A DNA stretch of 64,000 nt, from NCBI GenBank assembly GCA_038215615.1, contig JBBQQR010000004.1, positions 73,888-137,887 on the forward strand. Direction: 5' to 3'. This stretch comes from Vulcanimicrobiales bacterium. Its GTDB lineage: Bacteria; Vulcanimicrobiota; Vulcanimicrobiia; Vulcanimicrobiales; Vulcanimicrobiaceae. Under the pieces are notes generated by a model. It did no database searches. It was given only the letters and a program-made list of their open reading frames with translations, and had not been told where the DNA came from. The position numbers were made by a program, and so were the translations under genes. Shown one piece after another: positions 1 to 8,824 of the stretch; the stretch's first letter is position 1; every line of letters starts with the position of its first letter.

Positions 1-108
1 CAGCCAATCGTGACGGAGATTGCGGCCGCCGGCGATTTTTATCCGGCCGAAGATTACCATCAGCGATATTTCGAAAGAAATGGGGTCGCATGCCACATAG
101 CACTATGA
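1..108 (+). CDS. msrA: Peptide-methionine (S)-S-oxide reductase MsrA, C-terminal part (truncated by window edge)
   Basis: Frame 1 reads [35 protein letters not shown]; FYxAEDYHQxY is the MsrA C-terminal signature; ATGA overlap with msrB. Confidence 0.9.
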   Translation, partial: QPIVTEIAAAGDFYPAEDYHQRYFERNGVACHIAL

Positions 109-584
109 CGCGCGCGGCTTTTGCGATCAGCGTCGCTTCTGCAGTTGGCGCGCTGGCATTTATGCGTGGCGCGCGCGCCAGCGAGAGCTATGCCGTGACC
201 CACAGCGACACGGAGTGGCGGCAAATACTCGGACCGGCACGCTTTCAAATCTTACGCCAAAACGGCACCGAGCCGCCGGGCAGCAGCCCGTTGAACGACG
301 AGCATCGTTCCGGGACCTATTCCTGCGCGGCATGCGGGCTGGCGAACTTTTCTTCCAAAACCAAATATGATGCGGGCGAAGGCTGGCCGAGTTTCTGGGT
401 CCCCCTTCCTGACGCAATCCGCACCCGCGCGGATTACGAGCTCCTCGATCCGCGCACCGAAGCGCACTGCCGCCGCTGCGGGTCGCATCTGGGACATATT
501 TTTGACGATGGCCCCAAGCCGACCGGAAAACGCTACTGCATCGACGGGTTGGCGCTCACGTTCGCGCCGGGGAAAGCCGCTTAG
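105..584 (+). CDS. msrB: Peptide-methionine (R)-S-oxide reductase MsrB with N-terminal export signal
   Basis: GTEPP, two Cxx[20 protein letters not shown] motifs; ATG at 105 overlaps msrA stop. Confidence 0.95.
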   Translation: MTRAAFAISVASAVGALAFMRGARASESYAVTHSDTEWRQILGPARFQILRQNGTEPPGSSPLNDEHRSGTYSCAACGLANFSSKTKYDAGEGWPSFWVPLPDAIRTRADYELLDPRTEAHCRRCGSHLGHIFDDGPKPTGKRYCIDGLALTFAPGKAA

Positions 585-1018
585 AGCGAACCCTTGTTGG
601 CGCGCGCCATCACTTCGTTGAGCGTGAGGATCTCAATCTTCTCCGACTCGCGGATGTACGAGCGGAACTCTTGCGAGAGATAGAACGCCACGAGCCCTGA
701 AGTAAAACCGCTCCCGCCGATGACGATGTACGCTTTGTCATAGCTCGGATTCTCGCGCAGCGCGTGCAGCAGTTTGATCACTTCGTAGGGGACTTTCTCT
801 TCGGCGCTGCCGGCGGTCTGCTGCCATTTCAGCGAAACGAGAAAGCGCGAACCGTTGGGGCGCATGCCGACCAAGTCGGCGCGATGTCTTCCACCGCCCG
901 GCTTACTTCCGACGACAACTTGTTTTTCGACCGCGTAACTATTGTTGAGCAGCACGGCTTCGACGCCCGCTTCGAGGGTGGACCCGGTCTTCGTGCCGAG
1001 GCTGCCCGGAAAAAGCAT
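581..1018 (-). CDS. PD-(D/E)XK superfamily nuclease (putative restriction endonuclease)
   Basis: ADLV...LVSLKWQQTAGSAEEK pattern; 1-nt overlap with the methylase gene. Confidence 0.7.
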   Translation of the reverse strand: MLFPGSLGTKTGSTLEAGVEAVLLNNSYAVEKQVVVGSKPGGGRHRADLVGMRPNGSRFLVSLKWQQTAGSAEEKVPYEVIKLLHALRENPSYDKAYIVIGGSGFTSGLVAFYLSQEFRSYIRESEKIEILTLNEVMARANKGSL

Positions 1019-1833
1019 CAGAGGTTACGCGTGGCCAGCATCTCGCGCGCGTCGTCGCGATTGCCGTCGCAACTGATGCGGCGCGGTGCGTCCAGGATTT
1101 CCACGTCAAATCCGAGTTCGCGGTAGAGCCGCAGGACACGCTTGGTTGCCTGGTTCGAAGCAATGACCGGACCGGGATGAGCCGCAAGGCGCTTGGCGAG
1201 CCGTCGCTGATCCGCCCACGTAAAGCCGCCCGCCGCGTACGAGGTGAACTCGACGTCATAGGGCGGATCGGCGTAGATGAAGTCATCGCCGCGAATATCG
1301 ATTGCTTCGAAATCGCCTTGGACGATCTCGTAACGCGACAGCGTCGGACGGTACGGCAGAAAGTCTTTGTGACATTCGACGTGTTTGTAACGGCCGAAGG
1401 GTACGTTAAAAAAACCGCGCGCGTTGAAGCGGCAGAGTCCGTTGTAACCGGTGCGGTTGAGGTAGTAGAAAAGCGCGGCGGCTTCGGCCGTTTCGCCTTC
1501 GTCTTTACGAATCAATTCGTTAAAGCGCGCGCGGTTGTGGGCGTAGATCTCGCGATCGTTTTTCAGCGAGACGCCGGTGGAACGCAAATCTAAGCCCCGC
1601 TGCAGCCAACGGTAGAATGAGATCAGGTGGGGATTCACGTCGCCTAAAAGCGCACGCCGCGGCAACAGTCCGAGCGTCACGGCCATTCCGCCCGCGAACG
1701 GCTCGACGAGACGGCGCTCGCGGTGTTCCGCCCACGTTTGGAGCAAATGGGGCACGAGCCAGCGCTTCCCGCCGGCCCATTTTAGCGGCGGGGAAAGCGC
1801 TACGGAGGCGATTTCCTCGACTGCGACGGCCAT
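1018..1833 (-). CDS. Dam/D12-class N6-adenine DNA methyltransferase
   Basis: PLKWAGGK, EPFAGG, YLNRTGYNGLCRFN, catalytic DPPY motif. Confidence 0.95.
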   Translation of the reverse strand: MAVAVEEIASVALSPPLKWAGGKRWLVPHLLQTWAEHRERRLVEPFAGGMAVTLGLLPRRALLGDVNPHLISFYRWLQRGLDLRSTGVSLKNDREIYAHNRARFNELIRKDEGETAEAAALFYYLNRTGYNGLCRFNARGFFNVPFGRYKHVECHKDFLPYRPTLSRYEIVQGDFEAIDIRGDDFIYADPPYDVEFTSYAAGGFTWADQRRLAKRLAAHPGPVIASNQATKRVLRLYRELGFDVEILDAPRRISCDGNRDDAREMLATRNL

Positions 1834-1945
1834 GGCCCAATTATTGCCGGGCAGGGTGCCAGCTGCCTGTCACTCTGCAGAGGGGTTCGGCGAAACTTTG
1901 CAGGCCGCAGGGGCGTTGGTCGCAAGGGAGAAAGGATTCCGCCGC

Positions 1946-2021
1946 GCCGACGTAGCTCAGTTGGTAGAGTGCAGCTTTCGTAAAGCTGATGTCGTCGGTT
2001 CGAATCCGACCGTCGGCTCCA
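1946..2021 (+). tRNA. tRNA-Thr (anticodon CGT)
   Basis: 76-nt cloverleaf GCCGACG...CGTCGGC-T-CCA; D arm AGCTCAGTTGGTAGAG; anticodon stem CAGCT/AGCTG with loop TTCGTAA; T loop GGTTCGAATCC. Confidence 0.97.
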
Positions 2022-2024
2022 TCT

Positions 2025-2060
2025 AAAAAATGCAACACAAATCGTGTTGCGTTTTTCTTT
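2025..2060 (+). terminator. Intrinsic terminator after tRNA-Thr (possibly bidirectional)
   Basis: A-run, GCAACAC/GTGTTGC stem, then T-rich tail. Confidence 0.65.
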
Positions 2061-2101
2061 GTGCCATACAGGTGGCACTATCAATCCGTATCATCGATAC
2101 T

Positions 2102-2623
2102 ATGAGAAACATAATTTGCAGACGGCCCGGCTGCGACAACCTCGTCAAGAAGGGCGCGACATCCTATTGCTCCCAGCGGTGCCAATTCGACTTTCTTTAC
2201 GACGAGTTTATTCGTAAATGGAAACTCGGCGAAATCGATGGTTCCAGCCGAAACCTTGATGGACCGCGATCGCGCGTCCGGCGATATCTTATGGAATCGA
2301 CCGGTTACACATGTAGCGTCTGCGGATGGGGCGAGCGCAACCCGAGAACAGGGCGCGTCCCATTGCACGTAGACCACATCGACGGAAACGCGCGGAACAA
2401 TAGGCCAGAAAATCTGCGACTACTTTGCCCCAACCATCATTCTTTGACCGAAACCTTCGGAAATGCCAATAAAGGTAACGGACGCGCCCTTCGGCGCGCC
2501 CGCTATATCAAGGGAATCGACGGCGTTCACTTTTCGCCGCTGATCTTGCCGCAGCGGCGCGGTCGCTTTAGGGCTCGTAGTGGAAGCGCTGCACGAAGGC
2601 GGTTGCGGGCGCCGTTGCAGTAG
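2102..2623 (+). CDS. HNH endonuclease with N-terminal Cys-rich zinc-binding region
   Basis: CRRPGC..YCSQRC; CSVC; LHVDHIDGNARNNRPENLRLLCPNHH; last 56 bp overlap the convergent gene. Confidence 0.88.
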   Translation: MRNIICRRPGCDNLVKKGATSYCSQRCQFDFLYDEFIRKWKLGEIDGSSRNLDGPRSRVRRYLMESTGYTCSVCGWGERNPRTGRVPLHVDHIDGNARNNRPENLRLLCPNHHSLTETFGNANKGNGRALRRARYIKGIDGVHFSPLILPQRRGRFRARSGSAARRRLRAPLQ

Positions 2624-3485
2624 GACGCGTTCCCCAAACGGCCCAAATATCGCCGGTTTTTGGATCGATCGCGACCGTGTGCGGTCCGGGCGTCATCGGC
2701 AACGTGCCGAGGATCGTCGCCGGTCCGTTCTGATTGATTTTGAGCAACGTGATCCCGTTGCCCGCGCACGCCATCATCTGGCGCGACACGTCGAGATCGC
2801 ACTGATCGACTCGTGACGGGTAATCGATCGTCCACAGCAGTTTTCCGGCAGTCGAGTACCCCGACATCTTGTTATTCGAGCCGGCCACGAGCAGCATATT
2901 GAAGGGCGCGTCGTACTGCAGCGGATGGTTATGCTTGATCTCCGGCGTCGAAATCGTGCGCGTCAGCTGCATTCTGCGCCCATCGATAACGGCGATCTCG
3001 CTCTCGCTATCGATGTTCTGATAAATCTCGTGCGTGGCCGGATTGATCTGCAGATACTCCGGCTTGTGGCCCGGAACGACAATCGTCCCGATCTGCTTGA
3101 AGGTCTTCGAGTCGATCACGAAAATTCGCGTACCGTCGTCTTCATCGCCATAGATCCGGCCGAGCTGCCCATCGTAAGCGATTGCGTCGACGGGACCGGC
3201 AACCGCCACGCGCGCAATTTCTTTCAGCGTCACCGGATCGACCTCCGACAGCGCTTTTGCGCCGCCGTTGCCCGTGTACACATGGCCGCTCGTCGCATTG
3301 GGAGCCGATCCGGCGACGCCGCCCAGCTGGACAGTACCAGCGACGGCACCCGTGTCGGCATCTATGATCATAAGCACCGCGCCGTGCGCCGCATAGATGC
3401 GGCGGTGCAACGAATCCACCGTCACGTAATCGAAACCGCCGGGCGGTGTTACCGCTACGGGCGGAGCTGCAGCTACAATAGGCAT
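2568..3485 (-). CDS. YncE/YVTN-type beta-propeller protein
   Basis: GGFDY start, repeated VID/IxV strands and xDPxT turns. Confidence 0.75.
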   Translation of the reverse strand: MPIVAAAPPVAVTPPGGFDYVTVDSLHRRIYAAHGAVLMIIDADTGAVAGTVQLGGVAGSAPNATSGHVYTGNGGAKALSEVDPVTLKEIARVAVAGPVDAIAYDGQLGRIYGDEDDGTRIFVIDSKTFKQIGTIVVPGHKPEYLQINPATHEIYQNIDSESEIAVIDGRRMQLTRTISTPEIKHNHPLQYDAPFNMLLVAGSNNKMSGYSTAGKLLWTIDYPSRVDQCDLDVSRQMMACAGNGITLLKINQNGPATILGTLPMTPGPHTVAIDPKTGDIWAVWGTRPTATAPATAFVQRFHYEP

Positions 3486-3487
3486 CT

Positions 3488-3745
3488 CTACTCCTTCTTA
3501 TCGTTATCGTGGAACGTCCCGCGCTTGGCTCCGGCATCGAGCTCTAAATCGTCCAAAAAATAATAGACGATCTTCCGGTCGTCGAAGCCGACCTTCGCCA
3601 GTTCGCGTCCGTTGAGCGTCACCACCTCGTGGATGTGGCCGGTCTTGCCCGCATACGTGTAGTTGACGGCGGTGTAGCCGGCGTCATCGGGTTTGGGCCG
3701 GGGAACGGCTTTGACGCCGCGCAGCGGGGTGTTATGGCGGTGCAT
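3488..3745 (-). CDS. Small hypothetical protein (~85 aa; start uncertain)
   Basis: Protein-like C-terminal part of ORF 3488..4402 (YAGKTGHIHEVVTLNGRELAKVGFDDRKIVYYF); ends 2 nt before the YncE-like gene. Confidence 0.55.
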   Translation of the reverse strand: MHRHNTPLRGVKAVPRPKPDDAGYTAVNYTYAGKTGHIHEVVTLNGRELAKVGFDDRKIVYYFLDDLELDAGAKRGTFHDNDKKE

Positions 3746-3763
3746 CAGAACCTGTCGCTTTCT

Positions 3764-4318
3764 ATGGAACAAGCCACGATCATTGAGTACAACGGGAAGC
3801 GCCCGAAAGTGGACCCCTCGGCCTTTATCGCCCCAACCGCGGTGCTGATCGGCGACGTCGTCATCGGGGCCGAGTCGAGCATTTGGTTCGGCGCGGTGCT
3901 GCGCGGCGACAATGGTCCGATCCGCATCGGTGCGCGCACGTCGATCCAAGACAACGCCGTGATTCACGTCAGCGAAGGCGGCCTCACGCAGATCGACGAC
4001 GATGTCACGGTCGGCCACGCAGCTATCATGGAAGACTGTCACATCAAATCTCACGCGCTGATCGGGAGCAATGCGGTCGTGCTCACCAACGCGACGGTCG
4101 GCGAGCGCTCGCTCGTTGCGGCGGGCAGCGTCGTCGGCGAGGGTTCGGAGATTCCCGACGGCGTGCTGGTTGCCGGCTCTCCGGCCAAGGTAAAAAAGCA
4201 ACTGGACGGCGAGTCGGCCAAGTGGATCGCGATCAGCGCGCGCGAGTATGTAAAGCTTTCCCGGTCCTACCGCTCCCAGGGCATCGGAATGCGTGAGGAG
4301 CAGCGCTCGCCACGTTAG
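3764..4318 (+). CDS. Gamma-carbonic anhydrase family protein (hexapeptide repeats)
   Basis: PKVDPSAFIAPTAVLIGDV, WFGAVLRGD, IQDNAVIH, TVGH, GSPAK. Confidence 0.93.
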   Translation: MEQATIIEYNGKRPKVDPSAFIAPTAVLIGDVVIGAESSIWFGAVLRGDNGPIRIGARTSIQDNAVIHVSEGGLTQIDDDVTVGHAAIMEDCHIKSHALIGSNAVVLTNATVGERSLVAAGSVVGEGSEIPDGVLVAGSPAKVKKQLDGESAKWIAISAREYVKLSRSYRSQGIGMREEQRSPR

Positions 4319-4370
4319 GTCCCGCAGCCGATGGGTACTCCCTAGTACACAGAAAATGAGGGAGACTCCA

Positions 4371-4559
4371 ATGGCCGACCGCCAGCACAACGAAGAAAAC
4401 ATCTCAAAACGGCTAGCAAGCTTGATCGTGACGCGCAGCCCCTCCAGCCGCGGGGAAATTCCGGAAGATCATTTGGCCGAAGGCGACGCAGACGACCGCG
4501 CGCGCGGCTCACAGCCGGTCGAGCAAGGCGACACGAGGGAAGTCGACCAGCAGGTTTAG
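4371..4559 (+). CDS. Small acidic hypothetical protein (62 aa)
   Basis: GAGGGAG Shine-Dalgarno before ATG; followed by hairpin. Confidence 0.55.
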   Translation: MADRQHNEENISKRLASLIVTRSPSSRGEIPEDHLAEGDADDRARGSQPVEQGDTREVDQQV

Positions 4560-4567
4560 CAGCCGGC

Positions 4568-4602
4568 GGACGGCGAGCGCTAGGCGAACGCGCTCGCCGT
4601 CC
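4568..4602. terminator. 13-bp GC-rich hairpin (terminator or leader structure before korA)
   Basis: GGACGGCGAGCGC / GCGCTCGCCGTCC perfect inverted repeat; no U-tract. Confidence 0.45.
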
Positions 4603-4616
4603 CGAAGAATTCGGCC

Positions 4617-6422
4617 GTGCAAGTCAACGATTTGACGATCCGCGCCGCAACGGTGAACGGCTCGGGTAGTCAGTCCGCGAATTTGGTTTTAGCCAACGCG
4701 ATTTTTCGTTTGGGCATTCCCGTCGCCCCCAAAAACGTTTTTCCTTCGAACATCGAGGGGTTGCCGACATGGTTCGATGTGCGCGTCTCGCCGCAAGGCT
4801 ACCAATGCCGCAGCAGCAGCATCGATATTTTGCTCGCGCTTAACGCCGCGACGTGGCACGCCGACGTCCGCGACGTAAAATCCGGCGGCGCGATCCTGTA
4901 CGAAGAGACGCTCGCGGTGACCGGCGCTACGAAACGCGACGACGTCACGTACTATCCGGTTCCATTTGCGAAGTTGGCGAAAGAGAACATCTCCAACGCC
5001 GACCTGCGCAAGTATTTGACGAACATGATCTACGTCGGTGCGCTCGCGCAGTTGCTGGGCATCGGCGAAGATGCCATCGAGGCAGCACTGCGGGCGCAAT
5101 TTCGCACCAAACTAAAAGCGGTCGACATCAACATGGATGCGGTCCGGCTCGGCGCCAGTTACGCGCGCGAGAACTTGCCTAAGACCGATCCATACAAGCT
5201 CGAACCGATGCCCGGAAACAACGATGGGTTGATCTTGATGGAAGGTAACTCTGCCGCGGCGTTGGGCTGCGTGATGGCCGGCTGCACCGTGGCCGCGTGG
5301 TATCCGATCACGCCCTCCTCCTCGCTCTGCGAATCATTCATCGCTTATTGCGATCGCTACCGCGTCGACAAGGAAACCGGCGAACGAAAAGTCGCCGTGC
5401 TGCAGGCTGAAGACGAACTTGCCGCCATCGGCATGGTCTTCGGCGCGACCTGGGCCGGCGCGCGCGCGATGACATCGACCTCGGGGCCGGGCCTCTCACT
5501 GATGGCGGAATTTGCCGGACTGGGCTATTATGCGGAACTTCCGGGCGTGATTTTTGACGTGCAGCGCGCAGGCCCGTCGACCGGCTTGCCGACGCGCACG
5601 ATGCAGGGCGACGTCGCCTTCGCCTACACCCTTTCGCACGGCGATACCAAACATATCGTACTGCTCCCAGCCACGCCGATCGAAGCCTACGAGTTTGCAA
5701 GCCACGCTTTCGATCTTGCCGACCGCTTCCAGACGCCGGTCTTCGTGCTCAGCGATCTCGATCTCGGAATGAATCTGTGGATGACCAAGCCGCTGCCGTA
5801 TCCCGAGCTCGGCTTCGACCGCGGAAAAATTTTGGGCGCGACCGAGTTGGACGCGGTGCAATCATGGGGACGTTATCGCGACGTCGACTCTGACGGCATC
5901 CCCTATCGCACGCTTCCCGGAACCGAACATGCTAACGCCGGCTATTTCACGCGCGGCTCCGGCCATAACGAAACCGCACATTATTCGGAAGATCCCAACG
6001 TCTATCGCAACAATTTGGACCGCCTCACGCGCAAATTCGATACCGCGCGTGCCGCGGTACCCAAAGCGATCGTCGAAGAGAGCGGCAAACCGTGCGGACT
6101 AATCGCATTCGGCACGACGCACCATGCGATAGTTGAAGCGCGCGCGCAGCTCCGCGAAGCCGGCGTCGAAACGGATTATCTGCGGGTGCGCGCGCTGCCG
6201 CTGAGCGCAGACGTCGCAGCCTTCATCGGGCGGCACGAACGTGTCTACGTCGTCGAGCAAAATCGCGACGGGCAACTCTACGGCATTCTTCGCATGGAAT
6301 TGCCCGCGCACATGATCGAGCGGTTGCATTCGGTTCGCCACTACAACGGCGTGCCGATCGACGCGTCGGCGATCTTCGAACCTTTGCTGCAAGCCGAACA
6401 AACGGAACTCGTACCTGCATGA
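4617..6422 (+). CDS. korA: 2-oxoacid:ferredoxin oxidoreductase alpha subunit (gamma-alpha fusion)
   Basis: NGSGSQS, WYPITP, QAEDE, TSTSGPG, QRAGPSTGLPT motifs. Confidence 0.92.
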   Translation: MQVNDLTIRAATVNGSGSQSANLVLANAIFRLGIPVAPKNVFPSNIEGLPTWFDVRVSPQGYQCRSSSIDILLALNAATWHADVRDVKSGGAILYEETLAVTGATKRDDVTYYPVPFAKLAKENISNADLRKYLTNMIYVGALAQLLGIGEDAIEAALRAQFRTKLKAVDINMDAVRLGASYARENLPKTDPYKLEPMPGNNDGLILMEGNSAAALGCVMAGCTVAAWYPITPSSSLCESFIAYCDRYRVDKETGERKVAVLQAEDELAAIGMVFGATWAGARAMTSTSGPGLSLMAEFAGLGYYAELPGVIFDVQRAGPSTGLPTRTMQGDVAFAYTLSHGDTKHIVLLPATPIEAYEFASHAFDLADRFQTPVFVLSDLDLGMNLWMTKPLPYPELGFDRGKILGATELDAVQSWGRYRDVDSDGIPYRTLPGTEHANAGYFTRGSGHNETAHYSEDPNVYRNNLDRLTRKFDTARAAVPKAIVEESGKPCGLIAFGTTHHAIVEARAQLREAGVETDYLRVRALPLSADVAAFIGRHERVYVVEQNRDGQLYGILRMELPAHMIERLHSVRHYNGVPIDASAIFEPLLQAEQTELVPA

Positions 6423-7456
6423 GCAGCGGCGCACCTCCGGTAAACGTCAATTCCGCCGGCCTCTCTCGCGAGGTCTATAAAGGATTGCCCAGCACGCTGT
6501 GCGCCGGCTGCGGGCACAACTCGATCACCAATCACCTGATCAAAGCGCTGTTCGAGTACGGCGTACAGCCGCACAAGCTCGCGAAGATGAGCGGCATCGG
6601 CTGCTCCTCGAAAACACCGGCCTATTTCGTCGAACGCGCGCACGGTTTTAACGGCGTGCATGGACGCATGCCTTCTCTCGCTACGGGCGCGAAGATCGCC
6701 AACCGCGAGTTGATGGTGCTCGGCATCAGCGGCGACGGCGACACGGCCAGCATCGGCTTGGGCCAATACTGCCACATGATCCGGCGCAACGTCGACTGCA
6801 CCTACATTATTGAAGACAACGGCTGCTACGGATTGACCAAGGGGCAGTTTTCAGCCACCGCCGACCGCGGCTCAGTACTCAAGAAAGGCCAAGTCAACGA
6901 GCTTGAGACGATCGACGTGTGCGGCTTGGCGATTGAGCTCGGCGCCACGTTCGTCGCGCGCTCTTTTTCGGGCGACGGCAAACAGCTGATTCCGCTCCTG
7001 CAGGCCGCGTTCTCGCATCGCGGCACAGCTGTGCTCGACATTATCAGCCCGTGCGTGACGTTCAACGATCACGAAGGCTCGACCAAGAGCTACGCCTACG
7101 TCAAGGAGCACCACGCAATTTTGCACACGCCCGACTATATCGTCGGCGGACGCGAGATCGTTGTGGATTACGAGCCCGGGACGGTCAAGGAAGTGCAGTT
7201 CGACGACGGCTCGCGCATCTTGCTGCGCAAACTTGAGGTCGAATACGATCCGGCCAATCGCGTCGGCGCGCTCACCGTCCTAAACGAGGCGCGCGACCGC
7301 GGAGAGCTCGTTACGGGCTTGCTGTATGTCGATGTGAAGGCCCGCGATCTCTGCGAACGCGAAAAACTTCCGCAGAGGCCGCTCGCGCAGCTCGCAGAAG
7401 ACGATCTTCGCATCTCGCGCGATGATTGGAAACAGCTGATGGAGTCTTTCGGTTAG
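6419..7456 (+). CDS. korB: 2-oxoacid:ferredoxin oxidoreductase beta subunit
   Basis: LCAGCG, SGIGCS, HGR, GDGD TPP motif, YGLTKGQ, SPCVTF; ATGA overlap. Confidence 0.92.
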   Translation: MSSGAPPVNVNSAGLSREVYKGLPSTLCAGCGHNSITNHLIKALFEYGVQPHKLAKMSGIGCSSKTPAYFVERAHGFNGVHGRMPSLATGAKIANRELMVLGISGDGDTASIGLGQYCHMIRRNVDCTYIIEDNGCYGLTKGQFSATADRGSVLKKGQVNELETIDVCGLAIELGATFVARSFSGDGKQLIPLLQAAFSHRGTAVLDIISPCVTFNDHEGSTKSYAYVKEHHAILHTPDYIVGGREIVVDYEPGTVKEVQFDDGSRILLRKLEVEYDPANRVGALTVLNEARDRGELVTGLLYVDVKARDLCEREKLPQRPLAQLAEDDLRISRDDWKQLMESFG

Positions 7457-7459
7457 CCG

Positions 7460-8824
7460 TTAGGCCGCTGGAAAGTGCGACTCATCCCCGTACGGTAAGA
7501 AGAGCGTGTACTCGCGCTGGAAGCGTAACTTCACGGTGCCCGTCGGACCGTTACGGTGTTTGGCGATGATAAACTCCGTGAGATCCGGCTCGGCCGCTTC
7601 TTCTTTATAATAGCCTTCGCGGTAGAGAAACGCGACGATATCGGATTCTTGCTCGAGCGAGCCCGAATCCCTCAAGTCCGCCAGCATCGGGCGTTTTTCG
7701 GAGCGCGTTTCCACGCCGCGGTTGAGTTGCGCGAGCGCGATGACCGGTACGCCGAGATCTTTGGCGGTCGTTTTTAGCGTGCGGCAGATGTCGGAGAGTT
7801 CTTCGTTGCGGTTGGAGTTGCGGCTTAAGACGTTTGGCCTTACCAACTGCAAGTAGTCGATGAAAACAGCCGACAGGCCGGCGCCAGACTGCAGGCGGCG
7901 GCACCGGCTGCGAATCTCGGCGATCGAGATCGCGCCCGAGTCATCGAGATAAATCGGAAGCTCGTTGAGCACGCCCATCGCGTCGGATATCTTTTCCCAG
8001 TGATGCGGCTTGATGTTACCGCGGCGCATGTCGTGCATGCTGATATGGGCTTCCGCGCAAATCAAGCGCTGCACGATTTCGTCGTTGGACATTTCCAGTG
8101 AGAAAAACGCGACCGGCTCGGTCTCCACGCGCGCCGCCGCGACGGCCATGTTGAGCGCAAACGAGGTCTTGCCCATGCCCGGCCGCGCCGCCAGGATGAT
8201 GAAATTGCCGGGCTGGAAGCCCGTAGTCATGTCGTCGACGTCCCGAAAGCCTGACGTGAGCCCGGTGAGGCCGCCGCGGCTGTGAAAGAGCTTGTCGATG
8301 TTTTCGAAGGCCGGTTTTAGGAGCTGGCCGACCGGCACGAAGTCGCGATGGAGCTGCCGCCGGCCGATTTCGAAGACCATCTGCTCGCTGCGATCGAGCG
8401 CGCCTTCGACGTCTTCTTCGTTTTCGTAGCCGTACTGGGTGATCTGCGTGCCGGCATGGATCAGTCCGCGCAGTACCGCTTTTTCGCGAACGATCTTCGC
8501 GTAGTATGTCGCCGACGCGGCGGTCTGCACCGTATCCATGAGCGACGAAAGATACGAGATGCCGCCGACCTTCTCGAGCTGGTCGCGCCGCTTGAGCTCC
8601 TCGGCGATCGTGATCTTGTCGAGCGGTTCGGCGCGATCGTAGAGATGCACGAGCACGGAGTATATCGTCGCGTGCACGTGCGCGTAAAAATCCTCGGAGC
8701 GCACGATTTCGCCGGCTGCACCCATGATCTCGCGGTCGACCAGAATCGAACCCAGCAGCGCCATCTCCGCTTCGAGATTTTGCGGCGGTATACGATCGAT
8801 GACGGGCAGATGCGTTACGGTCAT
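7460..8824 (-). CDS. dnaB: Replicative DNA helicase
   Basis: PPQNLEAE, ARPGMGKT, FSLEMS, IDYLQL, QLNR, DLRDSGSLEQ, KHRNGPTG. Confidence 0.98.
   Translation of the reverse strand: MTVTHLPVIDRIPPQNLEAEMALLGSILVDREIMGAAGEIVRSEDFYAHVHATIYSVLVHLYDRAEPLDKITIAEELKRRDQLEKVGGISYLSSLMDTVQTAASATYYAKIVREKAVLRGLIHAGTQITQYGYENEEDVEGALDRSEQMVFEIGRRQLHRDFVPVGQLLKPAFENIDKLFHSRGGLTGLTSGFRDVDDMTTGFQPGNFIILAARPGMGKTSFALNMAVAAARVETEPVAFFSLEMSNDEIVQRLICAEAHISMHDMRRGNIKPHHWEKISDAMGVLNELPIYLDDSGAISIAEIRSRCRRLQSGAGLSAVFIDYLQLVRPNVLSRNSNRNEELSDICRTLKTTAKDLGVPVIALAQLNRGVETRSEKRPMLADLRDSGSLEQESDIVAFLYREGYYKEEAAEPDLTEFIIAKHRNGPTGTVKLRFQREYTLFLPYGDESHFPAA

Noticed and set aside
581..2623. Prophage or integrative element at tRNA-Thr
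   Set aside because: No integrase, phage genes or duplicated tRNA 3' end seen in the window
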